DNA of 63,995 nt, the filler included, from Alloascoidea hylecoeti (Eukaryota), in NCBI GenBank assembly GCA_001600815.1. It is 8 parts of 7 records of this genome, joined end to end, with 100 filler letters (N's around TTAATTAATTAA, not from the genome) between each part and the next. Parts side by side here need not be neighbours in the genome. Positions count along the whole stretch, not along the records: positions 34,124 to 41,186 come from BCKZ01000052.1; positions 41,287 to 50,531 come from BCKZ01000053.1; 6 more parts are not named here. The stretch is one strand, 5' to 3'. The stretch's first letter is position 1, and each line of letters opens with the position of its first letter. The position numbers and the translations under genes were made by a program. The notes below the pieces were generated by a model. It saw only the letters and a program-made list of their open reading frames with translations, was not told the DNA's origin and searched no databases. Below are positions 34,124 through 47,300 of this stretch, piece by piece.

Positions 34124-37016
34124 GAACCCATATCCAATGCCTCCGCCCAGGATTGAGATATTTAATGGCAAACGAGACCCAGCGTTTATTGATACTTGGT
34201 TCTCGAGATTGGCACAAACATTCAGTGAATATCCGGCGGAAACGCCAGATATACATAGAATTCAATTTGCGTCAAGATATTTAGGAGAGACTGCTTATTC
34301 TTGGTACCTAAATACGTACCCAAGACAAGTAATAGATGGCAGTTATGGGGAATTCGAGAGACTGGTAAGGAGAAAATTCTACCCGTTAAACTATGAAAAT
34401 GAATTGTTTACAAAATATTTACATTTAAAACAAATTACAACGGCGATAGCGTATACTACCGAGTTCTCAAGATTATACAGGCTAATTCAACCAGATAACG
34501 AGCCATTACAGTTGCAACACTTCATTGATGGACTGAAGCCATACTTGAAGATCGAAATGATTAAAAATAGGCCTCACTCGTTAGACGAGGCCATGACGAG
34601 GGCGATACAATTAGACGAAGTCCAAGAAATGATAAAGCAACAAAGAGGTTCATTCCGAAGAGGTGATGGTAACCAAAATAGAGGATGGCCTAGACAGGAG
34701 CAACGAAATTACCCCGAGAGAAGAGTAGACGCTGACGGGGATACGGAAATGACGGTAGCATCATTGACTCCTGGCAAGAGATTAAACCGAAAGGAACTAA
34801 ACCTATTAAAAAGAGAGGGCAGGTGTTACCACTGTCATGAGAAAGGGCACATGAAACAGAACTGCCCAAAAGTCTCCCAATATTAAGTAGAACCGATAAT
34901 ATTGGTACTAAAGGTTCCCCGTTGAAATCAAAAAGTCAAGTAAACCAGACACCAAAGTTGGTACAGCGAGACGGATTGGTAGCAACAACCAGCTCGATAG
35001 TAGGAAACATCAAGAAGGGCACAGAGATAGGTCAGAATAGCGAAGAAAATTTACCTTTGAACAGTAAATTAAAAGAAGTTTCTTTTGATCCTTCTCCTCC
35101 TTGAGCTTCACAAACTCTTGCATAGTTTCATTTAATTGCTTAATATAAAGTTCTAAGCTCATTGTGGTGTCAGCGATTTTAAAGTGTTATAGGAAAATTA
35201 TTGCTCTATTCTCAGTTATCTTATTATAAATGGAAATCATCTACTCTATATATATGTAATTTATTTTACCCCTCAAAATAATGTAGATCTTCTAGTAAAA
35301 CCAATACATCTTGATATACTCAAGGAACGAGAAAGAGCACGAAGAGCATGTAAAACTGGTATTGGAGAAACTTAGAGCCAACAAGTTACGAGCGAAAAAG
35401 AAGAAATGTGCATTTATGTTGAAGGAATTAGACTTTTTAGGACATAAAATTACAAGCAACGGGATCATGCCTGATAACAAGAAGGTGGCCACCATTAGGG
35501 AATGGCCAGTACCCAAAAGTGATAAAGAAGCACAATCATTTCTAGGTCTAGCAAACTACTACAGAAGGTTTATTGCACAGTACTCTAAGATAGCGAAGCC
35601 AATGATAGAATTCGCTAACAAAGCCAGAGATTGGGACGGAGAGTGCGACACAGCTTTTGAAGAATTAAAGCAGAAATTGTCGTCTGAACCAATTTTAGTA
35701 GTACCACAAATACCACAACAAGGTGATAGAATATTTATAGTGACTACAGACGCTTGCGATATATCATTAGGGGCTACGCTAGAGGAAAAGACAATAGATG
35801 GAAAACTGATAGGAGTAGTGGGCTACGCTTCAAAGAAGCTACAGAAAGCAGAACTGAATTATCCAACAAGGGAGAAAGAATTTATGGCGGTAGTGTTTGC
35901 ACTAAAGGAGTGGGAATATTACTTGAAAGACAACCACTTTGTGTTACAGACGGACCATAATTCACTACAATATATTCATCAACAAAAGTAACTGAACAAA
36001 AGCAGAATTGCTAGATGGATAGACTTCCTAGCGGAATTTAACTTTACCATCAAGTACATACCTGGTAAAACCAATTCAGCAGCAGATGCCCTAAGTAGAG
36101 TAAACTTCGAAGTGAATGCAACGGAACTTAGTACAGTGGAGGCTAACCAAGAATTATTAGAAGAAATTAAGAAACAATACGAAAATGATAAAGACTTTGC
36201 AGAAATTTATGACATTTTAAAGAACAAGAAAGAAATACCGAAGAAAATGAATGCTTATATTAGACATTATTCAATAGTTGAAGGATTGCTATTATTCAAC
36301 ACTACCATAGGGGACGACGATGAAGGAAGAATTTGTGTACCAGACACGCCCAATGGCCAAGTGAAACAGAAAATCATGAAGTTGGGACACGATTCACCCC
36401 TAAGTGGACACTTTGGATACTACAAGACATACTTACTGATCGCGAAGAAATATTACTGGAAAAATATGTTTAAACAGATTAAAAGATATATTAATAAGTG
36501 CTATACATGCCAAACCGTTAAAGCGACAACCCGAGCCACTCAAGGTCTATTAATGCCCTTACCGATACCAAAAGAAAGATGGGAACAAATATCAATGGAT
36601 TTTGTTACAGGTATCCCGAAGAATTAACGGGGGAGGGGGCAGCAAAATTGTTTGTAGAACAGATTTTCCGCCTGCATGGCACACCGAAGAACATAATCTC
36701 AGATAGAGACATCCGATTTTTAGGAGCCTTTTGAGGACCATACATGAATTACTGGGAACAGTATTAGACTTTTCAACAGTTAACCACCCCGACACGGATG
36801 GCCAGACGGAAAGACTGAACAAAATTCTGAACCAATTGTTAAGAGCGTATGTGAATAAGGAAAACGACGACTGGGAAGAGTACCTACCAATATTAGAATT
36901 TGCGTACAATAGTAGTTACCAGAAATCGATCAATTGTTCACCATTCATGACAGAATTAGGCTATGAACCAGCAGACCCCAGAGAATTCGAAACAGTAACC
37001 TTAACGAGGAAGTCAA
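34124..37016 (+). mobile_element. Defective Ty3/gypsy copy: gag 34137-34886, pol remnants (end of RT, RNase H, integrase) with deletions
   Basis: CYHCHEKGHMKQNC knuckle; FLGLANYYRRFI; TTDACD; NYPTREKE; HHCC zinc finger. Confidence 0.92.
35083..35306 (-). mobile_element. Family A LTR replacing ~1.6 kb of gypsy pol
   Basis: Flanks GTTTC and CATCT are not a TSD; the left flank precedes the protease and the right flank follows the RT YxDD motif. Confidence 0.85.
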
Positions 37017-37985
37017 TGGAAACCTTTGTTGGTATTGTAGGTGTCTTTCTCTCTCGTTGTACGAGTTCCGTAACTCGTCCAGACGTATAGCCCTTGTCAT
37101 ACAGATTTTCAAGTTTTCGGGGCGATCTTCGACCATTCTACTTCTGATATGGGGTTTTAGTCCATCGATGAATTTTTGTAATTCTGCTTCCGTACCGTTG
37201 GGTGGGAGCAGTCTTAATATTTCCCGGTACTGGTTGACATACTCTGCCGCCGAACCAGTTTGTCTTAGATCTAACCAGAAAATGGTTAGAGTATTGATGT
37301 AATCTAACGGATAGAAGGCTTCTCGTAGTAGCTCCTCAAATTCTTCGAATGATCCTTCCCTAGCGTCCTCTCTGTAGGACGATACGTACCAGGTGTACGC
37401 GCTCTTGCACATGAAGTTTGCGGCGTACTTTATCTTGTGTATCTCCGCTGTGCCCAACGGGAATTCACTGAAATATTGTCTTAACATCATAAACCAATTG
37501 TCTATGAATTCGGCGTCTCGCTTACCGTCGAATATNTCTATCCTCAACGGTGGTGGTGCAAACGGACTTANTTGGNTCGNTTGTNNGTATTGCGNGGGTC
37601 CTGGCGTAGACCTTTGCGCATNNCNNAAGTTNTTGTNATCTGTCATTGCGCTNACAACNGATTCGCTCTCGCTTGTNNTAATNTCTTCTTCTGGGTTATA
37701 CCCAAGTAGTACCATTAATTTCTCTCGGTTCGGTTAGTATGTAACTCTTAGAAGCGCCGCTACCAGTCTTAAGGAATCTATCACCAAGTGGTTCTAAATT
37801 GCTTATAAGATCTTTTTGTTGGAGTTACACGCTACGACGAACTGATGTCAATTAATTTCTAATAACACTTAAAACTTTTATTTCGAATATAAATACTCTT
37901 ATTTACCGTTGACTAAATTTCGGCCAATACTAATTCTAAATTCGTGGGTCTGTTGAGAATCTGTTTTTCTGATTTACTTCTCATA
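37017..37985 (-). mobile_element. Truncated Ty3/gypsy copy: 5' LTR D 37985-37767, PBS 37765-37754, divergent gag from 37715
   Basis: LTR matches 32571-32793; PBS TGGTAGCGGCGC; Gag FDGKRD..KFIDGLKPHIR. Confidence 0.9.
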
Positions 37986-37991
37986 CATATA

Positions 37992-40900
37992 TCTTAAGGA
38001 ATCTATCACCAAGTGGTTCTAAATTACTTATAAGATCTTTTAATAGAGTTATACGCTACAGTGAACTTTACGTCAATTAATTATAAATATAACTTAAAAC
38101 TTTATTCAAAATACTAAATACTTTATTTTATCTGTTGACTAATTTTGGGCCAAAATTAGCTTTAAATTCGTGGATGCGCTGAGAATCTGTTTTCTGAAAT
38201 ACTTCTCATCTGGCATTATCCCTTTGTCTGTGATTTTATGTCCTAANAAGTCCAACTCTCTTAACATAAATTCACATTTCTTAAGTTTTGCCCTTAATTT
38301 ATTCTTTCTGAGTTCTTCTAATACCAATTTTACATGTCTTTCGTGTTCCACTCTATTTCTTGAGTATATCAGAATATCATCCAGATAGACTATNACAAAT
38401 TTCCCTTTAAATTTTTCTAAAACATCATTCATTACATATTGAAATGTAGCCGGGGCATTAGTTAACCCAAATGGCATTACATTCCATTCAAAGTGACCAT
38501 CTTTCGTTGTAAAACCTGTCTTAGCTCTATCTGATTCTTTTATAACTATTTGATGATAACCTGACATCAAATCTAACTTGGAAAACACCTTAGCACCATG
38601 CAATTGGTCCAACAAATCGTTGATCACTGGCAACGGGTACCGATTCTTAATGGTTTGATTGTTCAACAACCTATAATCCACACACAAACGCATACTTCCA
38701 TCCTTTTTCTTAACAAATAACACCGGGGCTGAATATGGGGATTGTGACCTAGAAATGGAGCCATTCTTTAACAATTCTCTTAATTGTCGTTGTAGCTCTT
38801 CATTATCCTTATACGACATCCTATACGGAGCTCTAGCCGGTGGTTTAGACCCTTCCATGACTTCTATCGTATGGTAAAACTGGTGTCTTCTATCCGGTAC
38901 TCCTATCGGCTGTATATTGGTCACAACATCTTCAAATCCTTTCAGAAATTTTGGTAATTCTGAGCTTTCTACTGATTTGTTTTCTATCGTACTAACTTCT
39001 AGCAAGTTGTCTTTCATGGAGTCAGCTCTGAGCATGACTCTCCCCCATTCATTGTGTCTAATTTCTTTCAAAAATTCTTCAAGTCCTATGGTTTGCACTT
39101 TCACAACTTCAGGCTCATTACTCCTGGTTGTCTTATTCTCGGTAGGTTTCTTGACTTGTTTAGGTTCATTAAGCCTAAAGTTCGTCTCATCCGTTCTTAT
39201 TTCACTCAGTTCTTGGTTTCTATTTTCTTTAATTTTTCTTAGTGATTCTATTGTCTTTTCTTTATCTTTATTCTTTATTTTATTTCCTATTTTACTATCT
39301 TTAACATTTTCATTCATAATCTCTCTAGATACAGCAACACTTGGTACATTATTTTTCATACAATTTAAATCAAANACATTATTCTTTAATATAATACTCT
39401 TAGCCACATTCTTTCTAACCATCAGTCCCTCTATTTTCTTACTATTTTCTGTCTTATTTTGGGTCTTGGGCACCGATTTCTCTTCCACTGTAGCATCTCC
39501 TAAATCAAATCTTTTTTCTCCACTAACCAATGTGGGTCTTTTATTTTTATAATTTTTTTTTGTTTTTATGGGTTTTCTAATTTTTTTTCTTTTTTCTGTG
39601 TTGCTGCTCTTATTTTCTTCTTTATTGTAACTTTTTATTCTTCTTAAGTCAATCTCTGGGTCCACAGTTTGTTCTACCTGTAAAATTCTCTTCGGGTCCT
39701 TTGCTTGTCTTTCTTTCATTATGAATGGTCTGCCTAAATATACTTGATGATTAAGTCCTTCAGCTACCCAGAAGTCAATCTGCCAGTACCTGTTTTCATA
39801 ATTTAGTTCTAACTTAACCACTCCAGTTACCATCATTTCTTTACCCGATTGCGCTGTGCTTAATGCGCGTGGTTCATCCAACTGTCTCACCATACCAGAA
39901 GCTCCCACCAATTCTACCGTATTTGCATCTATTAACATTGAGGAACAACCAGAGTCTATTAAACATGGGACTATGTTCCCATTAATTTTAAACGAAACTT
40001 CTTTNAATTTACTGTTCAAAGGTAATTTTTCTTCGCTATTCTGACCTATCTCTGTGTCCTTCTTGATGTTTCCTACTATCGAGCTGGTTGTTGCTACCAA
40101 TCCNTCTCGCTGTACCAACTTCGGTGTCTGGTTTGCTTGACTTTTTGATTTCAACAGGGAACCTTTAGTACCAATATTATCGGTTCTACTTAATATTGGG
40201 AGGCTTTTGGGCAATTCGGTCTCATATGCCCTTTCTCATGGCAGCGATAACACCTGCCCTCTTTTTTCAATAGATTTAGTTCCTTTCGGTTCAATCTCTT
40301 ACCAGGAGTCAATGATGCTACCGTCATTTCCGTATCCCCGTCAGCGTCCACTCTTCTCTCGGGGTAATTTCGTTGCTCCTGTCTAGGCCATCCTCTATTT
40401 TGGTTACCATCATTTCTCCGGAATGGACCTCTCTGTTGCTTTATCATATCTTGGACTTCATCTAATTGTATCGCCCTCGTCATGGCCTCGTCTAACGAGT
40501 GGGGCCTGTTTTTAATCATCTCTATTCTTAAATGGGTTTTCAACCCATCTATAAATTGTTGTAATTGGACTTCTTCACTGATCGGGGGTACTAGTCTCGC
40601 CAGCCTAGAGAACTCTGACGTATATTCGGTCGCCGTCTTAGTCTGTTTTAAACTTAGATATCTGGTTACTATGTTACTCTCATAATTCACCGGATAAAAT
40701 GTTCTCCTCACTAATCTTTCGAACTCCCCGAAGCTGCCATCTACTACTGATCTTGGGTACGTATTTTGGTACCAAGAAAAAGCAGTTCCACTCATAAAAT
40801 CCGAAGCGAATTCTATCTTGTAAATGTCCAGTAAATCGGGTGGATATCGTCTAAAAGTCTGTGCCAAACTCGCGAACCATGTGTCAATAAGTTCTGGGTC

Positions 40901-41186
40901 TCTTTTACCGTTGAATACCTCAATCCTCGGTGTGGATATTGGTAACGGATTTGTTCCGGTCTGAAATGGCTGGGTACCTGGTTGCGTACCCTGGGCCATA
41001 TTCATACTACTATTTTGGCGATCCATCGCACTAACTACCGATTCGCTCTCGCTGGTATTGTATTCTTCTTCTGGGTTATACCCAAGTAGTGCCATTAATT
41101 TCTCTCGGTTCGGTTAGTATGTAACTCTTAGAAGCGCCGCTACCAGTCTTAAGGAATCTATCACCAAGTGGTTCTAAATTGCTTAT
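37992..41186 (-). mobile_element. Internally deleted Ty3/gypsy copy: partial 5' LTR, PBS 41145-41134, gag 41095-40190, pol (PR, RT) to ~38210 fused to 3' LTR 38209-37992
   Basis: LIDSGCSS protease; [45 protein letters not shown]; then a direct jump into the LTR. Confidence 0.93.
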
Positions 41187-41326
41187 NNNNNNNNNNNNNN
41201 NNNNNNNNNNNNNNNNNNNNNNNNNNNNNNTTAATTAATTAANNNNNNNNNNNNNNNNNNNNNNNNNNNNNNNNNNNNNNNNNNNNCGGGGGCCTATTTA
41301 AAGTAAATAATTATAAGGTTTTTTTA

Positions 41327-44300
41327 ATGCGTCGTTGGTTATATTCAACAAATGCTAAAGATATAGCGATATTATATTTTATATTTGCCATATTTTCAGG
41401 AATGTTAGGAACAAGTGCAAGTGTAATAATAAGATTAGAAATGGCAGCACCAGGACCTCAATATTTAGGAGGAAATCATCAAGTGTTTAATGTCATCGTC
41501 GCAGCGCATGCGTTTTTAATGATATTTTTTATGGTCAATTTTTTATATATAAAATAGCTATCTTATCTATACAATAGGTAAAATCAATGATAGCGATAAT
41601 TACGATATTTTAATAAGAGGAAACAATGATAATAATATAGAAGGTAACTATGATAACAATAATCACGGCAACCCTAAGTGGCTTCTCAAAAACCAAAAGA
41701 TAAATATGTTAAAGTTTTAGTAGAGGATCCCATAAATAATAGAAACATTATACTTAAAGTAACTAAAAAGCAAAAAGTGTTTATGTATGAGAGAGTTTAG
41801 ATGGTCAATATATGTATGTAGGTCATTCCACTAGCTACCCACCCTTTCCCAAAGCCGTCTATACTTAATACTAAATCTAATCAACTAACCTTATAAGGGG
41901 ATAAAAGTTAAGTATGCTATAAACGAGATAAGTATATTGTTAAATCTCCAGCCGCTAAATCTATTAAATCTGAGTTTAAATATGATTCATTCAATAAAAA
42001 ATCCAATTAAGTATTTCATTCATTTAATGGGGAAAAACATCTCAAAAAAAGGGTGACCGTGAAGTTATTTATGTTATTATATAATACCTGAAAGGAAACA
42101 AATCAGGTTTGTTATTATCGAGGCTCCGCCCCGGAGGGGCGGTAAATTAAAATTTACTTACAGCGTCCCCTCCGCGGGGAAAAATGAAATATCTTTTATA
42201 TAAAAAAGGCATGGCCGGGTAAATAATAAAGATCTTACTTTCTTTTCACTATATGCTGGGACCCCTTTAGAGCTTTTGGAACTAGTACTGCATACTCTCT
42301 TTACATAAAGGGGGTATACTACAGTTACATCCAAAGGATTAGGCAATCAGCCGGAAACCCCAAATAAAAGGGCTCATAGTAGCATTAAACACTTTTATTA
42401 AGTAGGATCCTCAGAGACTAGACGTGAAATACCTTAGTAAATATTAAATATTTAAAGGTAAAGATATAGTCCAATCGTTAATGAAAATTAATGAATTTTT
42501 AAAAAACAAAATTAAATAATATAAAGAGTGTGTCAATTATTATTAATATTTATTATTGTATCTATTTTTGTTTATATTTAACTAATAGATACTTTTATAT
42601 TACTAATAGTTATACTATCGGGTTTTTCAATTTCATCTCTATTTGTATTTATATAATAATATTAATTCTTGTTACTGTCCTAAATTATATTATAAATTTT
42701 TATTATTTTGTATTCTCTGTACCCAACAACAATAATCTTCCAATTCACCGTATAAAGTATGAAGGGTGCTTCGCCCACAAGTTAGGATTTAGATATTATA
42801 GTACATCTAATAAGAACAATCCGAAGGTTACTGGTTCGAAGAGAAAAACTTTGAGCTCTCCAGAATCCAGACCATATAACGATCTTTATAGAGGTAGAGG
42901 AGTGCCTGCTAATGAACCTCTTTGAGTTAAGGACAATGGTAAAGAAAGAAGTCCTTTTGGTGCTTCTTGAGCTAAGGATGATAAAGATAGATTACCATAT
43001 CCTTCTAATTATACTTGCGATTTCATTAATATCCAGGATCCTTTTAATAATAGACAACTAATTAAAAATACTTGTAAAGGTAATAGAGTAGTATATATAT
43101 GAACCTATTTTCCTACAGGAGTTTGTTTAGTTGGATCTTCTTCTAATAGTGTTGAGAGAGTTTTAAGTTACTTTGAGAAAAAGTATTTATTTTTGGAAAA
43201 AAGAAGAGGTGTACAATTTTTAGCTGACTACGGGTTTAAACAAATACAATTAACAATAATTTATTTTGAATATAGTAAATTTACTGCACGAGATATAAGA
43301 ATAATTGAAGCTTTCTACATCAATGAATTAAACAGCGGTTTAAATTCTCAAAAGTTTGTTTATTTACCTCCTGAACCTTTAGAATCAGTTTTACCTTTTA
43401 TAAATATATCAAACAGAGATACCGCCGTTCCTATTTTTATCTACGGGCCAGATTTAAAAAGAGTTTTATACATTTTTAATTCAAAAACTTCTTTATATAG
43501 TAGTTTTAGTATTCATAGAAGTACAGTGGATAAATTCTTAGATAATTTAGATACAAAGCTATTCGATTATTTTACCTTCTCTACTAAAGTTTTAGAAGAT
43601 TCTGATCTAGATAATCTTTTTAGTTTAAACGAACTATTAGATATTAAATCTAAAGTAGATCCTCATATACCGCGAAGAGGTCAAAAGGTTCTATTAACAG
43701 ATACTACTAATAATTTAGAGTATGAATTCTTTAGTTTAAGCAAAGCGGCTAAGTTTATTGAATATATGGTTGGATCATGTGACGTGGGAACATTGAGAAA
43801 TAATATGAAAAATAATAAAATATATAAGAAAAGATGAAAAATAGAGAAGCTATAAGGTTATTTAGTTAATTTAGATTCGATGATTAATGCCGGTCTAAAT
43901 TTGTTTTATGCTATTAATAATATGTATGGTGCGACACGAGGGTTATAGTAGTAATGAGTTTGAAATAGCTCCTGATGTACTCTCATCTGAGTCTAAATGA
44001 ATATGCATACGAAGTAATTTGTATGTGTAAAGCTTCATTGACAATGCTTTTATTTAGTTATGTGATTTAAATGTTCATCACTAGATACTTTCCTGTTACC
44101 AGCTTGACTGTAAACACATGGGGAGATAACTGATTAATTAAAAGTTAGACTGTGAGATAAAAGGATGAACGAAAGTAAAGGTATGGTTAAAAAACAGTAA
44201 AGATAGGCGTAAGCTCTCATACAAGCAAACCAGAGTCTATAAAGTCTTTTTGTTTAGAGTACCCATCCAAAATCTCGTATATTAAATACAACGTATATAT

Positions 44301-47300
44301 TTAATTTGTACTACTATAGCAACGCGGTAAGTCTTATTGTTACCTAATAGTCAAATTTCTTAAAGTTTAAATTAGGAGGTGTTTTATATTAATAAATAAA
44401 CATAACAACAGTAAGATAAAAGATAGGTTAAAAAGCTAATGGTCATTTGTAATGAATGATATAATCTCTTAATGAGTAAACATGAAAATGTGCAGACTTA
44501 ACCATAGGTCCTCAGATTAATAAAAATTTATCATAAGTTTGTTATATAATTATGAGGGCTTGAGCCGTGTGCAGGGGAACTTGCACGCACGGTTCTTAGA
44601 GGGGGAAAGCTCGAGAGGGCCTACCTATCTCAATCCAGCATTAATAGGAGGATTTTTACGACGTGGTCGTATTGTAGGAGATATAATTATATACATAATA
44701 GTAACAATAATAGTATCGTCGATGTGTGGTTTAATAACATTCAAGTTATTACATGAGAGCCTAAATACAGGAGGGCAGTCCAACGAGGCAGTCTTTGAAG
44801 GTTGTATGAAATGGGGAAACGTTCGAAATATTGGAATAGGACTAAGTACTCTAGGCCCAATTTTAGTGATATATTTAAGTTCAACGAAAGTGAATCTTCA
44901 TTTTAAAAATGGTTCAGCTATACTCAAAACTTCCAATAATTATAAAAGTTCTGAGGGCCATAAAATTTCAAACGACATAAACGAAACCATATGTTGTGAA
45001 ACCACAAGAAAGGTCAACACCATCACAGAAGAGGACTCAAATATCATCCAAGGTATTAACAAATACCTGAAAGCTTACAATATCAAACACGGGAACCCCG
45101 GAAAGGACATTGAGCTGAAGTCAAAAAATGTTAGTTTTGACATACTTAGAAATAAGGAAACTGGTCAATATCTGACCCTACCACCCAACATAGTAGATGA
45201 AGTCTACCTGTTATATTCAAGTGTCTCAACACAAGAGGATAGCAGAGGGCACGGGGGCAAGATAAGTGAGGAAGCAAAAGCCAAAGGTAATGCTTTGGAT
45301 ACCATAAGTAATGGGCCCCGTATTGAGCTCACTATGATATGGCCAAGAGATAAACATATTGGAGAAAAGCTGAATTCACAATGCTTAAAAAGAGATTTAT
45401 CACAGACCGTTCGTCATTATTCTACGATCGCGGACGAATCATCAATTAAGACGATTAAGAGATCATTAACGAAAAATGATACTTTAAACTGACCCAAACA
45501 GAAAATTCTGGTAAAAATTCGGGAAGAAGTATTTAAAGAACAAATGGAACTGGTAAATTTAGCCAACACTTATGGATTAAAAAGTAGAGAAGTAGCAGAA
45601 GAACAAGAACGTTTAGCAAATTCCCTAATCTTTAGAATCTGTGCAATAGATAAACTGTCAAGTTCAATGGGGTCAAAAACCCCAGGAGTAGATGGTATTG
45701 CATTAATTAACAAAGAGGATAATGTAAAACTGTACTTAGATCTGATAGAGAAGCTAAGAAAGTACACCCAAAAACCCATAGTCTACAAAGCGAAACCAAT
45801 AAGAAGGGTATGAATTCCCAAAGCCAATGGTAAACTTAGACCCCTAGGGATACCTACATTGGAGGACAGAGCTTTACAACATTTAATAAATCTTGTATTA
45901 GAACCCCTGGTGGAAATAACTAGTGATGAACACAGCTATGGATTTAGACCGTATAGGTCAGCGAAACATGCAGTAGCATATTTAAGAAGTCAACTAAAAA
46001 CTCTGGATATGAATAAAATCATTAGAAACACATCAAGCTCTAATGTAGACAATGAAATGTACGCCTTATTACCAGAAAGAAAAGTTATATTGGATGCAGA
46101 TATCAAAGGATTATTTGATAACATAAGCCATGACTGACTATTAACAAACCTATTCTTAAGTCCAAAGTTACTACCCATCATCAAAGAATGATTGACCAGT
46201 GGAGCAATGGACAAACAAATTTATCAAGAGACCACTACTGGTACTCCCCAAGGGGGAATTATATCCCCAACTCTGGCCAATTTTACATTGAACGGACTGG
46301 AAAAAGAGGTAATGGCTTCAATAAATCCATTGACAAAAAACAAGGAAAAAAGAATAACCGTTACTTTAAAGGATGGTACTAAGACACGTATAGCGACAAG
46401 CATAAGCTATGTACGTTATGCGGATGATTTTGTAATACTGGCAAGATCAAAGCATATCATAAATATTATGTGCAACCCAAAGTAAATGAATTCTTGTTAG
46501 AGAGAGGTTTGTCTTTAAGTAAAGAAAAAACCAAAATTTTCAGATTAACGGATAAAAATACACAACTTGACTACTTAGGATACACTCTAAAATATCAGGA
46601 CAAGTGACGTATAAACAAACATGTGTTTTACTCCCATCATGCAGGTTCTAGGGGGATAGCCCTATATCCCAATAAAAATAAAGTAATAAAATTCATAGAT
46701 AGATTGAAAGAGAAATTCAAAGAATCCCAAAACTTGGACGCATACAATCTAATAGCAACCTTAAATCCAATGATAAGAGGGTGATCCAATTACTACAATA
46801 TGGGAAACTCATCCCATTATAGAGACACAGTAAGAAATGCCCTGTATCATTTAGTCTGAAAATGAGCCTCTCACAAACACAAAAGATGAGGGAAAAGAGC
46901 AATCGCAAACACATACTTTTTAGCAAAACAAACTGTAGCCAATAGAAAAAATCCAGAATATATAAAATTTAAAAACACAAAATGGGTATTCCATGGAGTT
47001 ACAAGAGCTAAATCCAGATATAACGTGGACAACACAAAGGTAATATATTTAGTTGATCCCGGTAATATATCAAAGCTATTATCCTCGAGACACTACATAT
47101 TACCAAAGAAACTATTGGACATACACGCATATAGCGAAGACTATATGAAAGTGGTAGACTTCAATACAACTCTAAATCTGAAAGCTTTAGGTACAAACAC
47201 AGGGTTCAAAGATAGACTGTTGAAAAAACAAAACAATCTATGTCCACAATGTCAAAAACCTTTAATTGAACTTGAACATAGTGGAGGGTTACATATACAT

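Larger units (their letters stand above)
41536..43924 (+). mobile_element. cox1 intron 1, group IB (site ~212, S. cerevisiae numbering)
   Basis: Exon ends in U and intron ends in G; IGS GCTAT; core motifs TATGCTGGGA, AATCAGCCGG, TCAGAGACTAGA, AAGATATAGTCC at ~42250-42472. Confidence 0.9.
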
